Positions 51,453 to 61,463 of a stretch of 64,000 bases of DNA are shown here, piece by piece; positions within the stretch are counted from its first letter, which is position 1, and each line of letters starts with the position of its first letter. Source of the DNA: an uncultured Gemmatimonadales bacterium (GTDB lineage Bacteria; Gemmatimonadota; Gemmatimonadetes; Gemmatimonadales; GWC2-71-9). The position numbers and the translations under genes are program-made. The notes below the pieces were generated by a model, which ran no database searches, was not told where the DNA came from, and saw only the letters and a program-made list of their open reading frames with translations. Location: positions 591,199 to 655,198 of the forward strand of contig CAVOSV010000003.1 of the NCBI GenBank assembly GCA_963698975.1, in the 5' to 3' direction.

Positions 51453-52274
51453 TCAGCTCTTCCGGAAGCTTTCGTCCAGAACGAGTGTCACCGAGGTTCC
51501 GGCGGGCACCACTACGTCGCGGTCCTTGGTTTCCACGGCACGCTGGGTTCCCACTGCTCCACCGATCACGCCGCCAATGATGGCTCCCTTCGCGCTGCCA
51601 CCGATGACCCGACCCAGAATCGCACCCGCCGCTGCCCCACCGCCCACCTTGGCGATGTCACCAGCGCTGGTCTTCCGGCCCTCGAGTTTGCTGCCAACGT
51701 GCTCGATTCTGGCGGCGATGGGATATGACTGACCGTTGATGGTCACTGAAGTCGGCTGCAGGGTCAGCGTACCGGTCGTGTCGCTCTTGTTCTCCGATTC
51801 CTTGATCGCGGTCACCTTCAGGGCTACCTCGGAACCGGCGGGAATCACCACGCGGCCTGCGTTGTCTTTCACGTCATTGGCGATCTTGGCCATGACCGTA
51901 TCGCCGACCTTGTTCTTGTTGGAACGGATCTCAGCTATGGTGGCAGCGGTCAGACTGGTGCCGGCCGCCAGACTCGCGGCCGAGCTGCTAGTAGTGGAAG
52001 GCGCCGGAGCCGGCGTGGTAGGCCTCGATGCGGTCGCCGGAGGAGTGCTCGGTGAGGTGGTCGCTGGCCGGCTGGGCTTCGTGGGTGTTCTCGGAGCCGG
52101 CGCCGGAGTGGAGGTGCTCGCCGTGGGGCGATCGTTCAACTCCGCCGTGGTGTCGACCGGCGCAAGCTGAAGGTCACGGCTGAGACTGTCCGCGGTGGTG
52201 GCCTGCTCCCGGTCACCCCGGCCGCAGGCAGCGAGAGCGGCCAACGTCAGCGCTGCAATCATGGTTCTCAACAT
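51453..52274 (-). CDS. Lipoprotein with a Pro/Thr/Ser-rich linker and a C-terminal glycine-zipper region
   Basis: ATG at 52274 preceded by AAGGAGG. Lipobox LAALAACG. GGGAAAGAILGRVIGGSAKGAIIGGVIGGAVG glycine zipper. The ORF-track start at 52502 is antisense overlap. Confidence 0.7.
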   Translation of the reverse strand: MLRTMIAALTLAALAACGRGDREQATTADSLSRDLQLAPVDTTAELNDRPTASTSTPAPAPRTPTKPSRPATTSPSTPPATASRPTTPAPAPSTTSSSAASLAAGTSLTAATIAEIRSNKNKVGDTVMAKIANDVKDNAGRVVIPAGSEVALKVTAIKESENKSDTTGTLTLQPTSVTINGQSYPIAARIEHVGSKLEGRKTSAGDIAKVGGGAAAGAILGRVIGGSAKGAIIGGVIGGAVGTQRAVETKDRDVVVPAGTSVTLVLDESFRKS

Positions 52275-52334
52275 CGAAGCCTCCTTGATGTGACTTGCTC
52301 GGGTTCCGCGGCCCGGTGACATTCCAGCTCTGTT

Positions 52335-54101
52335 ATGCGTGAGCTGCGGACCCTCCTCCCTTATCTCAAGCCATACCGCCGAGCCTACCTTGTCGGGTTG
52401 ACGCTCGTGGTCGTGTCGAACTTCTTCGCGACCCTCGGTCCCCGTTTTCTCCAACAGGGCATCGACGCCCTCCGAGCCGGGGGGGAGTTTCGCGACGTTC
52501 AAACGGCCGTGGTGCTGCTGCTCGCCGTTGCCCTGGCAGGCGGTGTGGCTCGTTACGGAATGCGCGAGCTGCTCAACAGCGGCAGCCGTCGCGTTGAGAC
52601 CGATTTACGAGACCAACTGTACGTCCACCTGCAGCGAATGTCGGCCGAATTTTACGACCGGTATCCTACCGGTGATGTGATGGCCCGCACAACCAACGAT
52701 CTGCTCGCGGTGCGCATGGTAGCGGGTCCCGCTCTAATGTACCTGGTCGATACTACTATCCGCGCCCTGCTGGTTGCGCCGGCGATGCTCACGATCAGTC
52801 CCCGGCTGACCCTGCTCGCCCTGATACCGCTCCTGGGTCTTCCGGTCGCGATGGTCTCCCTGGGCCGCATGATTCACGTTCGATCCCAGGCGATTCAGGC
52901 AGAGTTCAGTGAGCTCACTACTCACGCGCACGAGAACCTCTCCGGCGTCCGCGTAGTCCGGGCCTATCGGCAGGAAGGCGCTGAAATCGAGCATTTTCGC
53001 CAGTTGAGCGACGAGTACATGCAGCGTAATCTCGGGCTCGCCCGGGTGCAGGGAGCGTTCTACCCTCTGCTTACCCTGCTGGGTGGCGCCAGCGGTTTGG
53101 TCGTGCTGTATGCCGGCGGGAGGCTGGTGATGGCGGGCTCGGTTTCGGACGGCGAGTTCGTAGCCTTCGGAGTGTATCTCGCAATGCTGGTCTGGCCGAT
53201 GATTGCGCTGGGCTGGGCCGTTAATCTGGTGCAGCGAGGAGCTGCCTCCATGGGGCGGATCAATCAGCTCTTTCGGGAGGAGCCCGCCATCACCAGCCCT
53301 GTCTCAGCCACTCTCCTACCTCCTGCAGAGAGGGCTCGGGCTGTGGAGTTTCGCGATGTCTGGTTCCGTTACCCTGGCGCGAAAGAGCGGGGTTGGGTCC
53401 TGCAGGAGATCTCCTTTAGCGTGCGGCCTGGAGCGTCGCTGGCTGTCGTCGGGGCGACCGGCTCGGGCAAGTCAACTCTGGTCGATCTCCTGGTCCGGGC
53501 CTACGACCCTGACCGGGGCTCGGTGCTGATCGATGGCATCGACATCCGACGGCTGACCCTGGAAGACCTTCGACGCGCTGTCGGGTTCGTGCCCCAGGAG
53601 ACCTTTCTTTTCGGTGAGACCCTGCGACGCAATATCCTTCTCGGCGCGCCGGACGATGGGCGGCTGGACGAAGTGGCACGTGTGGCGCAGCTGACAGAGG
53701 CCCTACCCGCATTACCGGACGGATACGAGACCCTGATCGGTGAACGAGGCATCAATCTCTCCGGAGGTCAGAAACAGCGAGCGGCCATAGCGCGGGCGCT
53801 GGCACAAGACCCGCCGATTTTCGTGCTGGACGACGCATTGAGCGCGGTAGACGCGCATACCGAGGCTCGCATCCTGGCGGGGCTTCGGAGCGCGCTAGCC
53901 GGACGGACCAGCATTATCGTCTCCCACCGCCTCGCCGCGGTTCGAGATGCCGATTGGATCCTGGTGCTGGATGGCGGCCGCATTGTGGAACAGGGAATCC
54001 ACGCTGAGCTACTGGTCGCAGGCGGTCGCTACTGGGAGCTGCTTCGCCGGCAGCAGATGGAGGAGGAGCTGGAGGAGGAAAGCGTGAACACTGAACAGTG
54101 A
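52335..54101 (+). CDS. ABC exporter, fused permease/ATPase (MsbA/multidrug type)
   Basis: Six-TM N-domain. Walker A GATGSGKST, signature LSGGQKQR, Walker B IFVLDDALS. Confidence 0.9.
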   Translation: MRELRTLLPYLKPYRRAYLVGLTLVVVSNFFATLGPRFLQQGIDALRAGGEFRDVQTAVVLLLAVALAGGVARYGMRELLNSGSRRVETDLRDQLYVHLQRMSAEFYDRYPTGDVMARTTNDLLAVRMVAGPALMYLVDTTIRALLVAPAMLTISPRLTLLALIPLLGLPVAMVSLGRMIHVRSQAIQAEFSELTTHAHENLSGVRVVRAYRQEGAEIEHFRQLSDEYMQRNLGLARVQGAFYPLLTLLGGASGLVVLYAGGRLVMAGSVSDGEFVAFGVYLAMLVWPMIALGWAVNLVQRGAASMGRINQLFREEPAITSPVSATLLPPAERARAVEFRDVWFRYPGAKERGWVLQEISFSVRPGASLAVVGATGSGKSTLVDLLVRAYDPDRGSVLIDGIDIRRLTLEDLRRAVGFVPQETFLFGETLRRNILLGAPDDGRLDEVARVAQLTEALPALPDGYETLIGERGINLSGGQKQRAAIARALAQDPPIFVLDDALSAVDAHTEARILAGLRSALAGRTSIIVSHRLAAVRDADWILVLDGGRIVEQGIHAELLVAGGRYWELLRRQQMEEELEEESVNTEQ

Positions 54102-54153
54102 AGGGTCAACCGGACGCGCAGTATTATCTGTTCACCGTTCACCATTCACATTC
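54084..54153. repeat. Hairpin built from GTGAAC x3 facing GTTCAC x3
   Basis: gtgaaca ctgaaca gtgaagg (54084-54104) faces ctgttcac cgttcac cattcac (54128-54149). Spans both stops of a convergent gene pair. Confidence 0.8.
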
Positions 54154-54882
54154 CTAGAGGTTCGACCTGAGAAAGGCCGGCGTGAGGTCCTGCAGCCAGG
54201 CGGCGAGCCGGGTGAATTGTCCTGTCATCAGCAACACACCGACTACCACCAACAGCGCGCCACTGATCCGCATTACCCAGGGAAGCAGCGGCCTGAAACG
54301 CTGAAACCAGCGGAGAAACCACTCGACAGCCAGAGCCGCCACGATGAAGGGTAAGGCCAAGCCCGCCGAATAAACCGCCAGGAGCAAAACGCCCCGGTGT
54401 ACGTCGCCCGCGCTCGCAGCCAGACTGAGAATGCCACCCAGAACCGGGCCGATGCAGGGCGTCCATCCCGCCGCAAACACCATCCCGACCAGCGCTGAGC
54501 CCAGGTATCCCACGGGCTTGTGCTCCAGCTGCAGCCGACGCTCCTGGTATAGCATCGGGCTCCGGATTACACCCAGGCAGATCAGGCCAAATCCAACGAT
54601 GAGCGCGCCACCAATGCGCTGAACCCAGACCTGGTAGTAGTTGAGCGTGCGGCCAAGCGCGGTGGCGGTGGCACCCAGCAGAATAAATACGAGAGAAAAC
54701 CCAGCGACGAACAGTGTGGCGTGGACCAAAGCAACCCGGCGGCGCTGCTCCACCTCGGGCAGCGTCATGCCGGTGAGAAATCCCAGATAGCTGGGCACCA
54801 GGGGAAGCACGCAGGGGGACAGAAAGCTCAGGAGTCCTGCGGCAAAAGCGACAAGAAGCCCCAGGGCAGCAGGCTCGTTCAC
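54154..54882 (-). CDS. ccdA: Cytochrome c biogenesis/thiol-reductant transporter CcdA (second copy)
   Basis: LSFLSPCVLPLVPSYL and GWTPCIGPVLG motifs. GTGA overlap with the Fur-family gene. Confidence 0.9.
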   Translation of the reverse strand: MNEPAALGLLVAFAAGLLSFLSPCVLPLVPSYLGFLTGMTLPEVEQRRRVALVHATLFVAGFSLVFILLGATATALGRTLNYYQVWVQRIGGALIVGFGLICLGVIRSPMLYQERRLQLEHKPVGYLGSALVGMVFAAGWTPCIGPVLGGILSLAASAGDVHRGVLLLAVYSAGLALPFIVAALAVEWFLRWFQRFRPLLPWVMRISGALLVVVGVLLMTGQFTRLAAWLQDLTPAFLRSNL

Positions 54883-55349
54883 AAGGGACCCAACTCACGC
54901 TGCCGGCAAGAACGGCACACGCCGTAGATCTCCACCCGATGCCGCCGGTGTTGGAACCCCTGCTCGTCGGCAAGGACGGGGAGCATCCGCTCGAGGCGCT
55001 CATTGGCGAACTCCACCACCTTGCCGCACTGCTCGCAGATCAGATGTTCGTGATCGGCCTGAGCTGCCCTGGGCTCGAAGCGCTGGAAGCCTTCACCGAA
55101 CTCATGAGCCCGAACCAATCCACTCTCGACCAGGAGGTCGAGGGTACGGTATACGGTGGCAAGGCCGACCCGCTCGCCGCGCTCAGTGAGCTGGCGTCGG
55201 ATGCCCTCTACCGAGAGATGATCGTTAGAATGAAAGACGATCTGTGCCACCAGATCCCGCTGGCGGGTGATCGGCTGATGGTGCTCCCGAAGGTGACGGC
55301 GGAACCGTTCGAGAAGGGCCGCTCCGTCCGCCTTATCCAAACGAGCCAT
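54879..55349 (-). CDS. Fur-family transcriptional repressor (Fur/PerR/Zur class not resolvable)
   Basis: Winged-helix N-domain and a metal-site region DHEHLICEQCGKVVEF....YGVCRSC. Confidence 0.85.
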   Translation of the reverse strand: MARLDKADGAALLERFRRHLREHHQPITRQRDLVAQIVFHSNDHLSVEGIRRQLTERGERVGLATVYRTLDLLVESGLVRAHEFGEGFQRFEPRAAQADHEHLICEQCGKVVEFANERLERMLPVLADEQGFQHRRHRVEIYGVCRSCRQRELGPL

Positions 55350-55734
55350 GGTGAGCGCCGCCGGGAGAGGCGCTGGCGGAGAACCACGACTCCGGTGCTA
55401 TCGCGACCGGCGGATGTTCGTCGTCCAGTCGGGCTTGAGCCTCCTGCAACACTCGCGCTAACGCCTCCAACGGGCCGGTGCCAACCTCGAGGATGGTAGA
55501 CTCGAACTTGCCCCGCTCCTTGCCCTTGATTACCAGAACGTAGCCGGCCGTGTAGATCCGGCGGCGCTCTCCATCCACCCGAGACAGCACAGCCGTGCCC
55601 CACTCGCGGGTGTCGCGGCGAACCGGGTCGAAGATCCACACACCATCGACTTCATCCGCTGGAAGGGCCTGTGACACGGCTTCCGCCAGGCGCTCCCACC
55701 CCGATCCGGTCGAGGTCAGACCTTTAGCCGTCAT
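55333..55734 (-). CDS. Hypothetical protein (133 aa)
   Basis: ATG at 55734 overlaps the upstream stop by 11 nt, and its 3' end overlaps the Fur-family start by 17 nt. GC3-biased. No family recognised. Confidence 0.45.
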   Translation of the reverse strand: MTAKGLTSTGSGWERLAEAVSQALPADEVDGVWIFDPVRRDTREWGTAVLSRVDGERRRIYTAGYVLVIKGKERGKFESTILEVGTGPLEALARVLQEAQARLDDEHPPVAIAPESWFSASASPGGAHHGSFG

Positions 55735-56851
55735 GCTGCGCCTGCTCCCAGCGCTCAGTGTAAAACCGGAAGACGTGCATGAAATCCTGGGCATTGGTGA
55801 CCACACCATAGGCCTGGTGTGTTCCGCGATCGCGCAGCTTGTTGACCACAAATTCGGTCTGGTCGACGCAGATGGTCATCAGCGGCAGGGGAGCGGCGTC
55901 ACAGAGGTAAAACGCGGGCAGCATGTTCCCGACAGCAATGGCATGGAGGGCGGTGGCCACAAAGATTGCCCCGGTAGCTTTGACCGTGTGCTCCCGCATG
56001 GCGTCCTGCGCCGCAAGGTTGTCGCTGTAGACGCCGGGGAGAGGTCCGTCATCTCGAATGGAGCCGGCGAGCACGTAGGGAATCCGCTTGGTTACCAGCG
56101 CGTGCATGATCCCGCTCTTGATCAGGCCGGTCTCCACCGCGCGCTCGATAGACCCCGCCGCGCGCACCCGATTGATGGCGCGCATATGCAACCCATGACC
56201 GCCTTCGGTGGGCTGGCCGGTGTTGCTCATTCCCAGGGTGGTCCCAAAGATAGCGGCCTCGATGTCGTGCACGGCGACGGCGTTACCAGCCAGCACCGCC
56301 TGCACGTAGCCGTTCCGGATGAACCACTCGAAATCGGTCCGCGCCCGTGAGTGCACGAGTGCCGGTCCGACCACCCACACCAGATAGCCACCCCGGCGCT
56401 TTTCCTCCCCTATTCTCGCCGCCAGCTCCTCATAGTTGACCGGGCGCTCCCGGCTGACTTCGGTTGCCATGAAGCGAAACTCGTTGGCCCCGTGGCCGCC
56501 GCCGAGAAAACCTTGGGCGTGGACTACGATGCCTTCGGTGCCATCCTCCGCCTCGCCCATGGCGATCAGCTCACCCCGTTTGAGCCGCCGGGGTTCGATG
56601 GTCTCCAGCCCCCCACTTCGTTTCACCACCACGCAATCCATCCGGGGTCGCGTGGGAGCGAGCCAGGTTCCATTTACCCGGATGTACGTTGGCAGGTTGG
56701 AAGTGGAGAAAAAGCCCTCCGGCAATACGCCGTCGGCCGGTAGGGCTGCGAACCGCGCCTCCGGCGCACCGGCGAAGGGCGGTTGGCTGAAATCCGGCAT
56801 TGTTCCGGGAGCGGGAGGCGCATGCATACGCGGCTGAAGGTAGGGGGGCAT
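55724..56851 (-). CDS. TIGR00300/LOR-SDH-conserved-region-like protein (deoxyhypusine-synthase-like fold; relatives include an archaeal ornithine cyclodeaminase and the ArgZ C-domain)
   Basis: Recalled resemblance of ..YLVWVVGPALVHSRARTDFEWFIRNGYVQAVLAGNAVAVHDIE..LAGSIRDDGPLPGV.. to TIGR00300 proteins. Not verified by a search. Confidence 0.45.
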   Translation of the reverse strand: MPPYLQPRMHAPPAPGTMPDFSQPPFAGAPEARFAALPADGVLPEGFFSTSNLPTYIRVNGTWLAPTRPRMDCVVVKRSGGLETIEPRRLKRGELIAMGEAEDGTEGIVVHAQGFLGGGHGANEFRFMATEVSRERPVNYEELAARIGEEKRRGGYLVWVVGPALVHSRARTDFEWFIRNGYVQAVLAGNAVAVHDIEAAIFGTTLGMSNTGQPTEGGHGLHMRAINRVRAAGSIERAVETGLIKSGIMHALVTKRIPYVLAGSIRDDGPLPGVYSDNLAAQDAMREHTVKATGAIFVATALHAIAVGNMLPAFYLCDAAPLPLMTICVDQTEFVVNKLRDRGTHQAYGVVTNAQDFMHVFRFYTERWEQAQHDG

Positions 56852-56918
56852 ACGGGGGTATTCAAGCGTGTCTCACCGAATGGAAGAGTGTAGTTTTCCG
56901 GCAGACGAGGAGACTTGC

Positions 56919-59042
56919 ATGCCGCAATGGAAAGTGTGGGCGTTTGGGCTCGGCCTTCGCCTTTTGACATCGACCTCTGTGGTTCTGGCGCAGGAACCGA
57001 CCGCGCCCGACACAGTGTACCGTGATTCCCTACCCGTCCGCGAACTTCCCGAGATCACCGTAACTCGAGCGCCGGAGCCGCTGGACCGGGTGCCGTACGC
57101 CGTCGGGGTTCTGGACCGGAACGCGTTACAACGGGGCCAGCAAACGATCGGAGTGGACGAGGCGCTCAATAACCTGCCTGGGGTGGTGGTCTCCAACCGA
57201 TACAACTACTCGCTGGACCAGCGGATCTCGATTCGCGGGTTTGGCAGCCGGTCGAACTTCGGCGTAAGGGGCCTCAAGATCCTTTTGGACGGGGTCCCAC
57301 AAACCCTGCCAGACGGGCAGAGCCAGCTGACGAATATCGACTTTGCCAACATCGACCGGGCCGAAGTGTTGCGGGGGGCCAGTTCCTCTCTCTATGGGAA
57401 TGCCTCGGGCGGGGTGATCTCGTTCCAGACGGAGCAAGCGGCGCCGGGGCCTTTTGCCCAGCGAGTGAGAGTGCAGGGGGGAAGTGGGAAGGGCGAGGAG
57501 GACAATTTCTATAAGTGGCAGAGCTGGACTTCGGGCCGCAGCGGAAGCATCAGCGGTACGCTCTCACTTTCCCAATTCAAGGCGGACGGATTTCGTCAGC
57601 ATAGTGCGGCCGAGTTCCGTCAGCTGAACGGCGGAGCAGATTATGCCATCAGCGGCTCCACCCTGGCCACCCTGCGCCTGAGCCTGGCCGACAACCCGGA
57701 AGCGGAGAATCCGGGAGCTCTTACCGGCTCAGAATACGCAGCCAATCCAGACTCCGCGGCGGCCAGCAACATCCGTCGGGGTGCGGACAAGGATGCTCAG
57801 CAGTACCAACTGGCGCTCGGGCTCAAGCATTTCGACGCCGGAGGCAACGAGTACCAGGCAACAGTTTTCGGAGTCCTGCGTGATCTGGCGAACCCGCTGG
57901 CCGCGCCGCCGTTCAGTGGCGCTCCGCCAACGGCCGGTACCTACGTCGCCATAGACCGGGCAGTCGGCGGAGCCAGAGGCAACCTGAGCCACCGGCTCGG
58001 TCAGGGTGAACGCGCCCCTCGCCTCACCGCGGGGGCCGACCTGCAGAAGATGCGAGACGACCGGCAGAATTTCGTCTCAGATGCGGGTCAGCAAACTTCG
58101 GCCGTTCTGCTGGACCAGCGGGAGCAGGTTACCGAGCTGGGTCCGTTTGCCCAGCTCCAGTGGGATCCACAACAGGAACTGCTGCTCAGCACCGGGCTCC
58201 GGTATGACTGGGTGAAATTCACCGTTGACGATCGGTTCATCGCCGATGGCGACGATAGCGGCGATCGAACCATGGCGGCCGCCAGTGGAAACATCGGCCT
58301 CAGCTGGACTCCGAACGAGCAGTTCGTGCCCTACCTCAATGTCTCCACCTCGTTCGAGACGCCGACCACCACCGAACTGGTGAACAAGCCGGACGGAACC
58401 GGCGGGCTCAACCCCGATCTCGGTCCCCAGCGCGCGGTCAATTACGAGATCGGGGCGCGGGGGAAGCCATCGTCCATGCTGACCTATTCCGTTGCGCTGT
58501 TCCTGGGCCGGATCACCGATGCCATTGTGCAAGGCCCCGAAGTGGGCGGGAGAGCTTTCTTCCGCAATGCAGGCAAGACGCATAACGATGGGGCCGAGGT
58601 GGGCCTCTCTTTTTCACCGCTCAAGGCGCTGACCTTGAACGGAGCCTACACCTACGCCCGATACCGCTTTGCTTCAGGCGATTCTCTCGACGGCAACCGG
58701 CTGCCGGGCGTCCCCGAGCATTTCTGGCGTTTCGGTCTTCGGACCAACCTGCCGGCCGACTTCTATGTCGATGCGGACCACACCATCAACACTTCGATCG
58801 CCGCGGACGATGCGAACACACCCTCACTCTTCATCCCCTCGTACTCGGTAACCAACGCCCGGCTGGGGTGGGACGGTCAAGCGGGATCCATGCAAATCGG
58901 ACCCTTCATAGGGGTCAACAATCTGCTCGACCGGAGGTACATCGGATCGGTTACCCTGAACGGCGTGGGTGGACGGGTCTACGAGCCGGCCCCGCTGCGG
59001 GTCATTTATGTCGGAGCGGAGATTGGGTACGCGGCGCGGTGA
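56919..59042 (+). CDS. TonB-dependent outer-membrane receptor
   Basis: Starts MPQWKVWAFGLGLRLL.. (signal peptide). Plug-domain motifs (DEALNNLPGVVV, IRGFGSRSNFGVRGLKILLDGVPQT) and a beta-barrel of about 600 aa. Confidence 0.85.
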   Translation: MPQWKVWAFGLGLRLLTSTSVVLAQEPTAPDTVYRDSLPVRELPEITVTRAPEPLDRVPYAVGVLDRNALQRGQQTIGVDEALNNLPGVVVSNRYNYSLDQRISIRGFGSRSNFGVRGLKILLDGVPQTLPDGQSQLTNIDFANIDRAEVLRGASSSLYGNASGGVISFQTEQAAPGPFAQRVRVQGGSGKGEEDNFYKWQSWTSGRSGSISGTLSLSQFKADGFRQHSAAEFRQLNGGADYAISGSTLATLRLSLADNPEAENPGALTGSEYAANPDSAAASNIRRGADKDAQQYQLALGLKHFDAGGNEYQATVFGVLRDLANPLAAPPFSGAPPTAGTYVAIDRAVGGARGNLSHRLGQGERAPRLTAGADLQKMRDDRQNFVSDAGQQTSAVLLDQREQVTELGPFAQLQWDPQQELLLSTGLRYDWVKFTVDDRFIADGDDSGDRTMAAASGNIGLSWTPNEQFVPYLNVSTSFETPTTTELVNKPDGTGGLNPDLGPQRAVNYEIGARGKPSSMLTYSVALFLGRITDAIVQGPEVGGRAFFRNAGKTHNDGAEVGLSFSPLKALTLNGAYTYARYRFASGDSLDGNRLPGVPEHFWRFGLRTNLPADFYVDADHTINTSIAADDANTPSLFIPSYSVTNARLGWDGQAGSMQIGPFIGVNNLLDRRYIGSVTLNGVGGRVYEPAPLRVIYVGAEIGYAAR

Positions 59043-59045
59043 GCC

Positions 59046-61463
59046 TTACAGCAAGCTCACCGGATCGCGATCGATCACCAGTCTGACATTGGCTTCCCGC
59101 TTGAGACGCCGAGCAGCGTAGCGAACCACCCGCCCGAGCGCGGGGGAAGGACCCTTCAGCAACACGTGCCAGCGCCAACGCTCCTTGATCCGAACCAGGG
59201 GACATGGCGCCGGACCAAGCACGCTGATGGGGAGCTGATAACGGCCAATCAAGCTGTTGCACCAATCTGCCAGTCCCGCAGCTTTCCGCCCCACCTCTCG
59301 CTCGTCACTTCCGGAGTAGATGAGATTCACCAGGTGAACCGCCGGGGGATAGGGGGGAACCTCCCGAAGGGCTCGCTCCTCATCGAGAAAGCCTTGCGCG
59401 TCGTGCTGCGCCGCTCGGATTAGCGCGTGATGCTGAGGATGGCGGGTTTGCACCAGCACACGGCCACCCTTGGGGCCTCGACCGGCCCGGCCGGCCACCT
59501 GAGCCAGCAACTGAAAGGTTCGCTCCGCCGAGCGAAAGTCGGGGAGGTACAGCCCGGTGTCGGCATCAACCACACCGACCAGCGTGACATTCGGAAAGTC
59601 CAGACCTTTAGCAATCATCTGGGTCCCGATGAGCAGATCGATCTCGCCCTTTTCCACCGCGGACAGTATGCGCTGGTGCGACCACTTGGTGCTGGTGGTA
59701 TCCAGATCCATGCGGGCAATTCGCGCATCGGGATAGCGCTCCACCAGCATGCGCTCGAGCTGTTGGGTCCCGACCCCGCGCATCTGCTGGACGGGGTTGG
59801 CACACATCCGGCAGGTAAAGGGCAGCGGCTCCTCATGGCCGCAGTAGTGGCAGCGAAGGGCTGCCGGTGTCTGGTGCACGGTGAGTGAGATGCTGCAACG
59901 GGGACACTGCCACACCTCGCCACAGTCGGGACATTGGAGGAAGGCGGCGAATCCCCGGCGATTCAGCAGGAGCAGGGCCTGTTCTCTCCGCGCCAGAGTA
60001 GCGGTGATGGCGGAGTCGAGCGCCACCGACCAGGGTACAGGCCCGGTGCCGTCAACCTTTGGAGCAGCCCTGAGATCGATCATCTCGACCGGCGGCATGG
60101 GCCGCGAGCCGATCCGTTCCGGCAACCGCAGCAAGCCGAATTCATCCTCCGTCCGAGCCAGCGTTTCCAGAGAGGGCGTGGCGCTCCCCAGTAGCAGGCG
60201 AGCTCCCTCCAGTCGGGCACGAACAACGGCGACGTCCCGGGTGTGATACCGCGGGGTCTCGCCGTTCTTGTAGCTGGCCTCGTGCTCCTCGTCGATCACA
60301 ATCAGGCCAAGATCGGAAATGGGAGCGAACACCGCCGACCTCGCTCCTACAGCTACCCGGCGGTCCCCCCGCCGCAGCAATCGCCAGGCATCGGCTCGCT
60401 CTCCGTCTGACAGTCCGCTGTGCAGCACAGCCACATTGTCGCCGAAGGCTCCCCGGAAACGACTCACCGTCTGCGGAGTCAGGCCGATCTCCGGAACCAG
60501 GACGATCGCACCCTGTCCCCGCTCCAGCACTCGCCGCACTGCCTCGAGGTACACCAGCGTCTTGCCGCTGCCGGTCACGCCGAAGAGCAGGGCTCCGGCG
60601 CCCGCCGGCAGAGCTTCGATCTGGGTAAGCGCTGTCCGCTGGTCCGGCGTGAGCGTGGGGGGTGGAGCAACGGCCGGGCTGCCGGCGAAAGGATCGCGCA
60701 CCAGCTCCGCCTCCCCCACCCGGGCCAGGCCGCTCTTGATCAGCCCCCGAACCACGGCATCGGTGAACCCCATCTGCTCCGAGAGATGGCGCATCGAGGT
60801 CCGGCCTCCCAACGATTCCAACGCCTCGTACAACTGCCGTTGCTTGGGCCGGCGCTTGAACAACGCATCGCGTTCGATGAGAGTTGGCCGTTCACCAGCC
60901 AGCGCAAGCGTGCGTTCGGTCAGGCGAGCCGCCTCGGTATCCGGGGGTTGAACCCGGAGAGTGACGGCCTGCACCCGGCTGAGCCGCTCGACCACGTCCC
61001 AGAGGGGCCGACGGAACGCTCGGGCGGCGGTCTGGACCGGACTTTCTCCGCCGCGCTGCTCCAGCCAGGCCACCACCTCACCGGCCAGACCGCCGAAGCT
61101 GTGACTGCCATTCTTCCGGAGCGAGACGATGACCTGGGATTCGCCCCACATGCCGGCGGGCAAAACGGACTTGAGCGTCAGGCCCAGCGGTGCTCCGTAG
61201 TACCCGGCCATCCATTCGGCAGTAGCGAGGAGTGCTGGTGACAGAGCCGGCTCGGGATCGGGAACTGCCAATATCTCTTTCAGCTGCTGGCTGGGGACCT
61301 CGCTCTCCAACCGCACGACCACACCGATCAACTCCCGGCGGCGGACCGGGACCACCACGCGCGCTCCCGCGACAACCCGGTCGCCCAGGGCTTCTGGAAT
61401 GCGGTAGGTGTACGGAGTGGCGAGCGGGAGAGGGAGAGCGACCAGGGCAAACCGCGCGGTCAT
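59046..61463 (-). CDS. priA: Primosomal protein N' (replication restart helicase PriA)
   Basis: Starts MTARFALVALPLPL (ATGA overlap with the upstream gene). Walker A GVTGSGKT, DEEH, Cys-rich zinc region CPDCGEVWQCPRCSISLTVH...CHYCGH...CRMC. ORF-track residues upstream of 61463 are spurious. Confidence 0.9.
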   Translation of the reverse strand: MTARFALVALPLPLATPYTYRIPEALGDRVVAGARVVVPVRRRELIGVVVRLESEVPSQQLKEILAVPDPEPALSPALLATAEWMAGYYGAPLGLTLKSVLPAGMWGESQVIVSLRKNGSHSFGGLAGEVVAWLEQRGGESPVQTAARAFRRPLWDVVERLSRVQAVTLRVQPPDTEAARLTERTLALAGERPTLIERDALFKRRPKQRQLYEALESLGGRTSMRHLSEQMGFTDAVVRGLIKSGLARVGEAELVRDPFAGSPAVAPPPTLTPDQRTALTQIEALPAGAGALLFGVTGSGKTLVYLEAVRRVLERGQGAIVLVPEIGLTPQTVSRFRGAFGDNVAVLHSGLSDGERADAWRLLRRGDRRVAVGARSAVFAPISDLGLIVIDEEHEASYKNGETPRYHTRDVAVVRARLEGARLLLGSATPSLETLARTEDEFGLLRLPERIGSRPMPPVEMIDLRAAPKVDGTGPVPWSVALDSAITATLARREQALLLLNRRGFAAFLQCPDCGEVWQCPRCSISLTVHQTPAALRCHYCGHEEPLPFTCRMCANPVQQMRGVGTQQLERMLVERYPDARIARMDLDTTSTKWSHQRILSAVEKGEIDLLIGTQMIAKGLDFPNVTLVGVVDADTGLYLPDFRSAERTFQLLAQVAGRAGRGPKGGRVLVQTRHPQHHALIRAAQHDAQGFLDEERALREVPPYPPAVHLVNLIYSGSDEREVGRKAAGLADWCNSLIGRYQLPISVLGPAPCPLVRIKERWRWHVLLKGPSPALGRVVRYAARRLKREANVRLVIDRDPVSLL

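Noticed and set aside
56852-56918. Fur box in the divergent TBDR / Fur-family-operon promoter.
   Set aside because: There is no AT-rich 19-bp palindrome resembling GATAATGATAATCATTATC in the 67-bp spacer.
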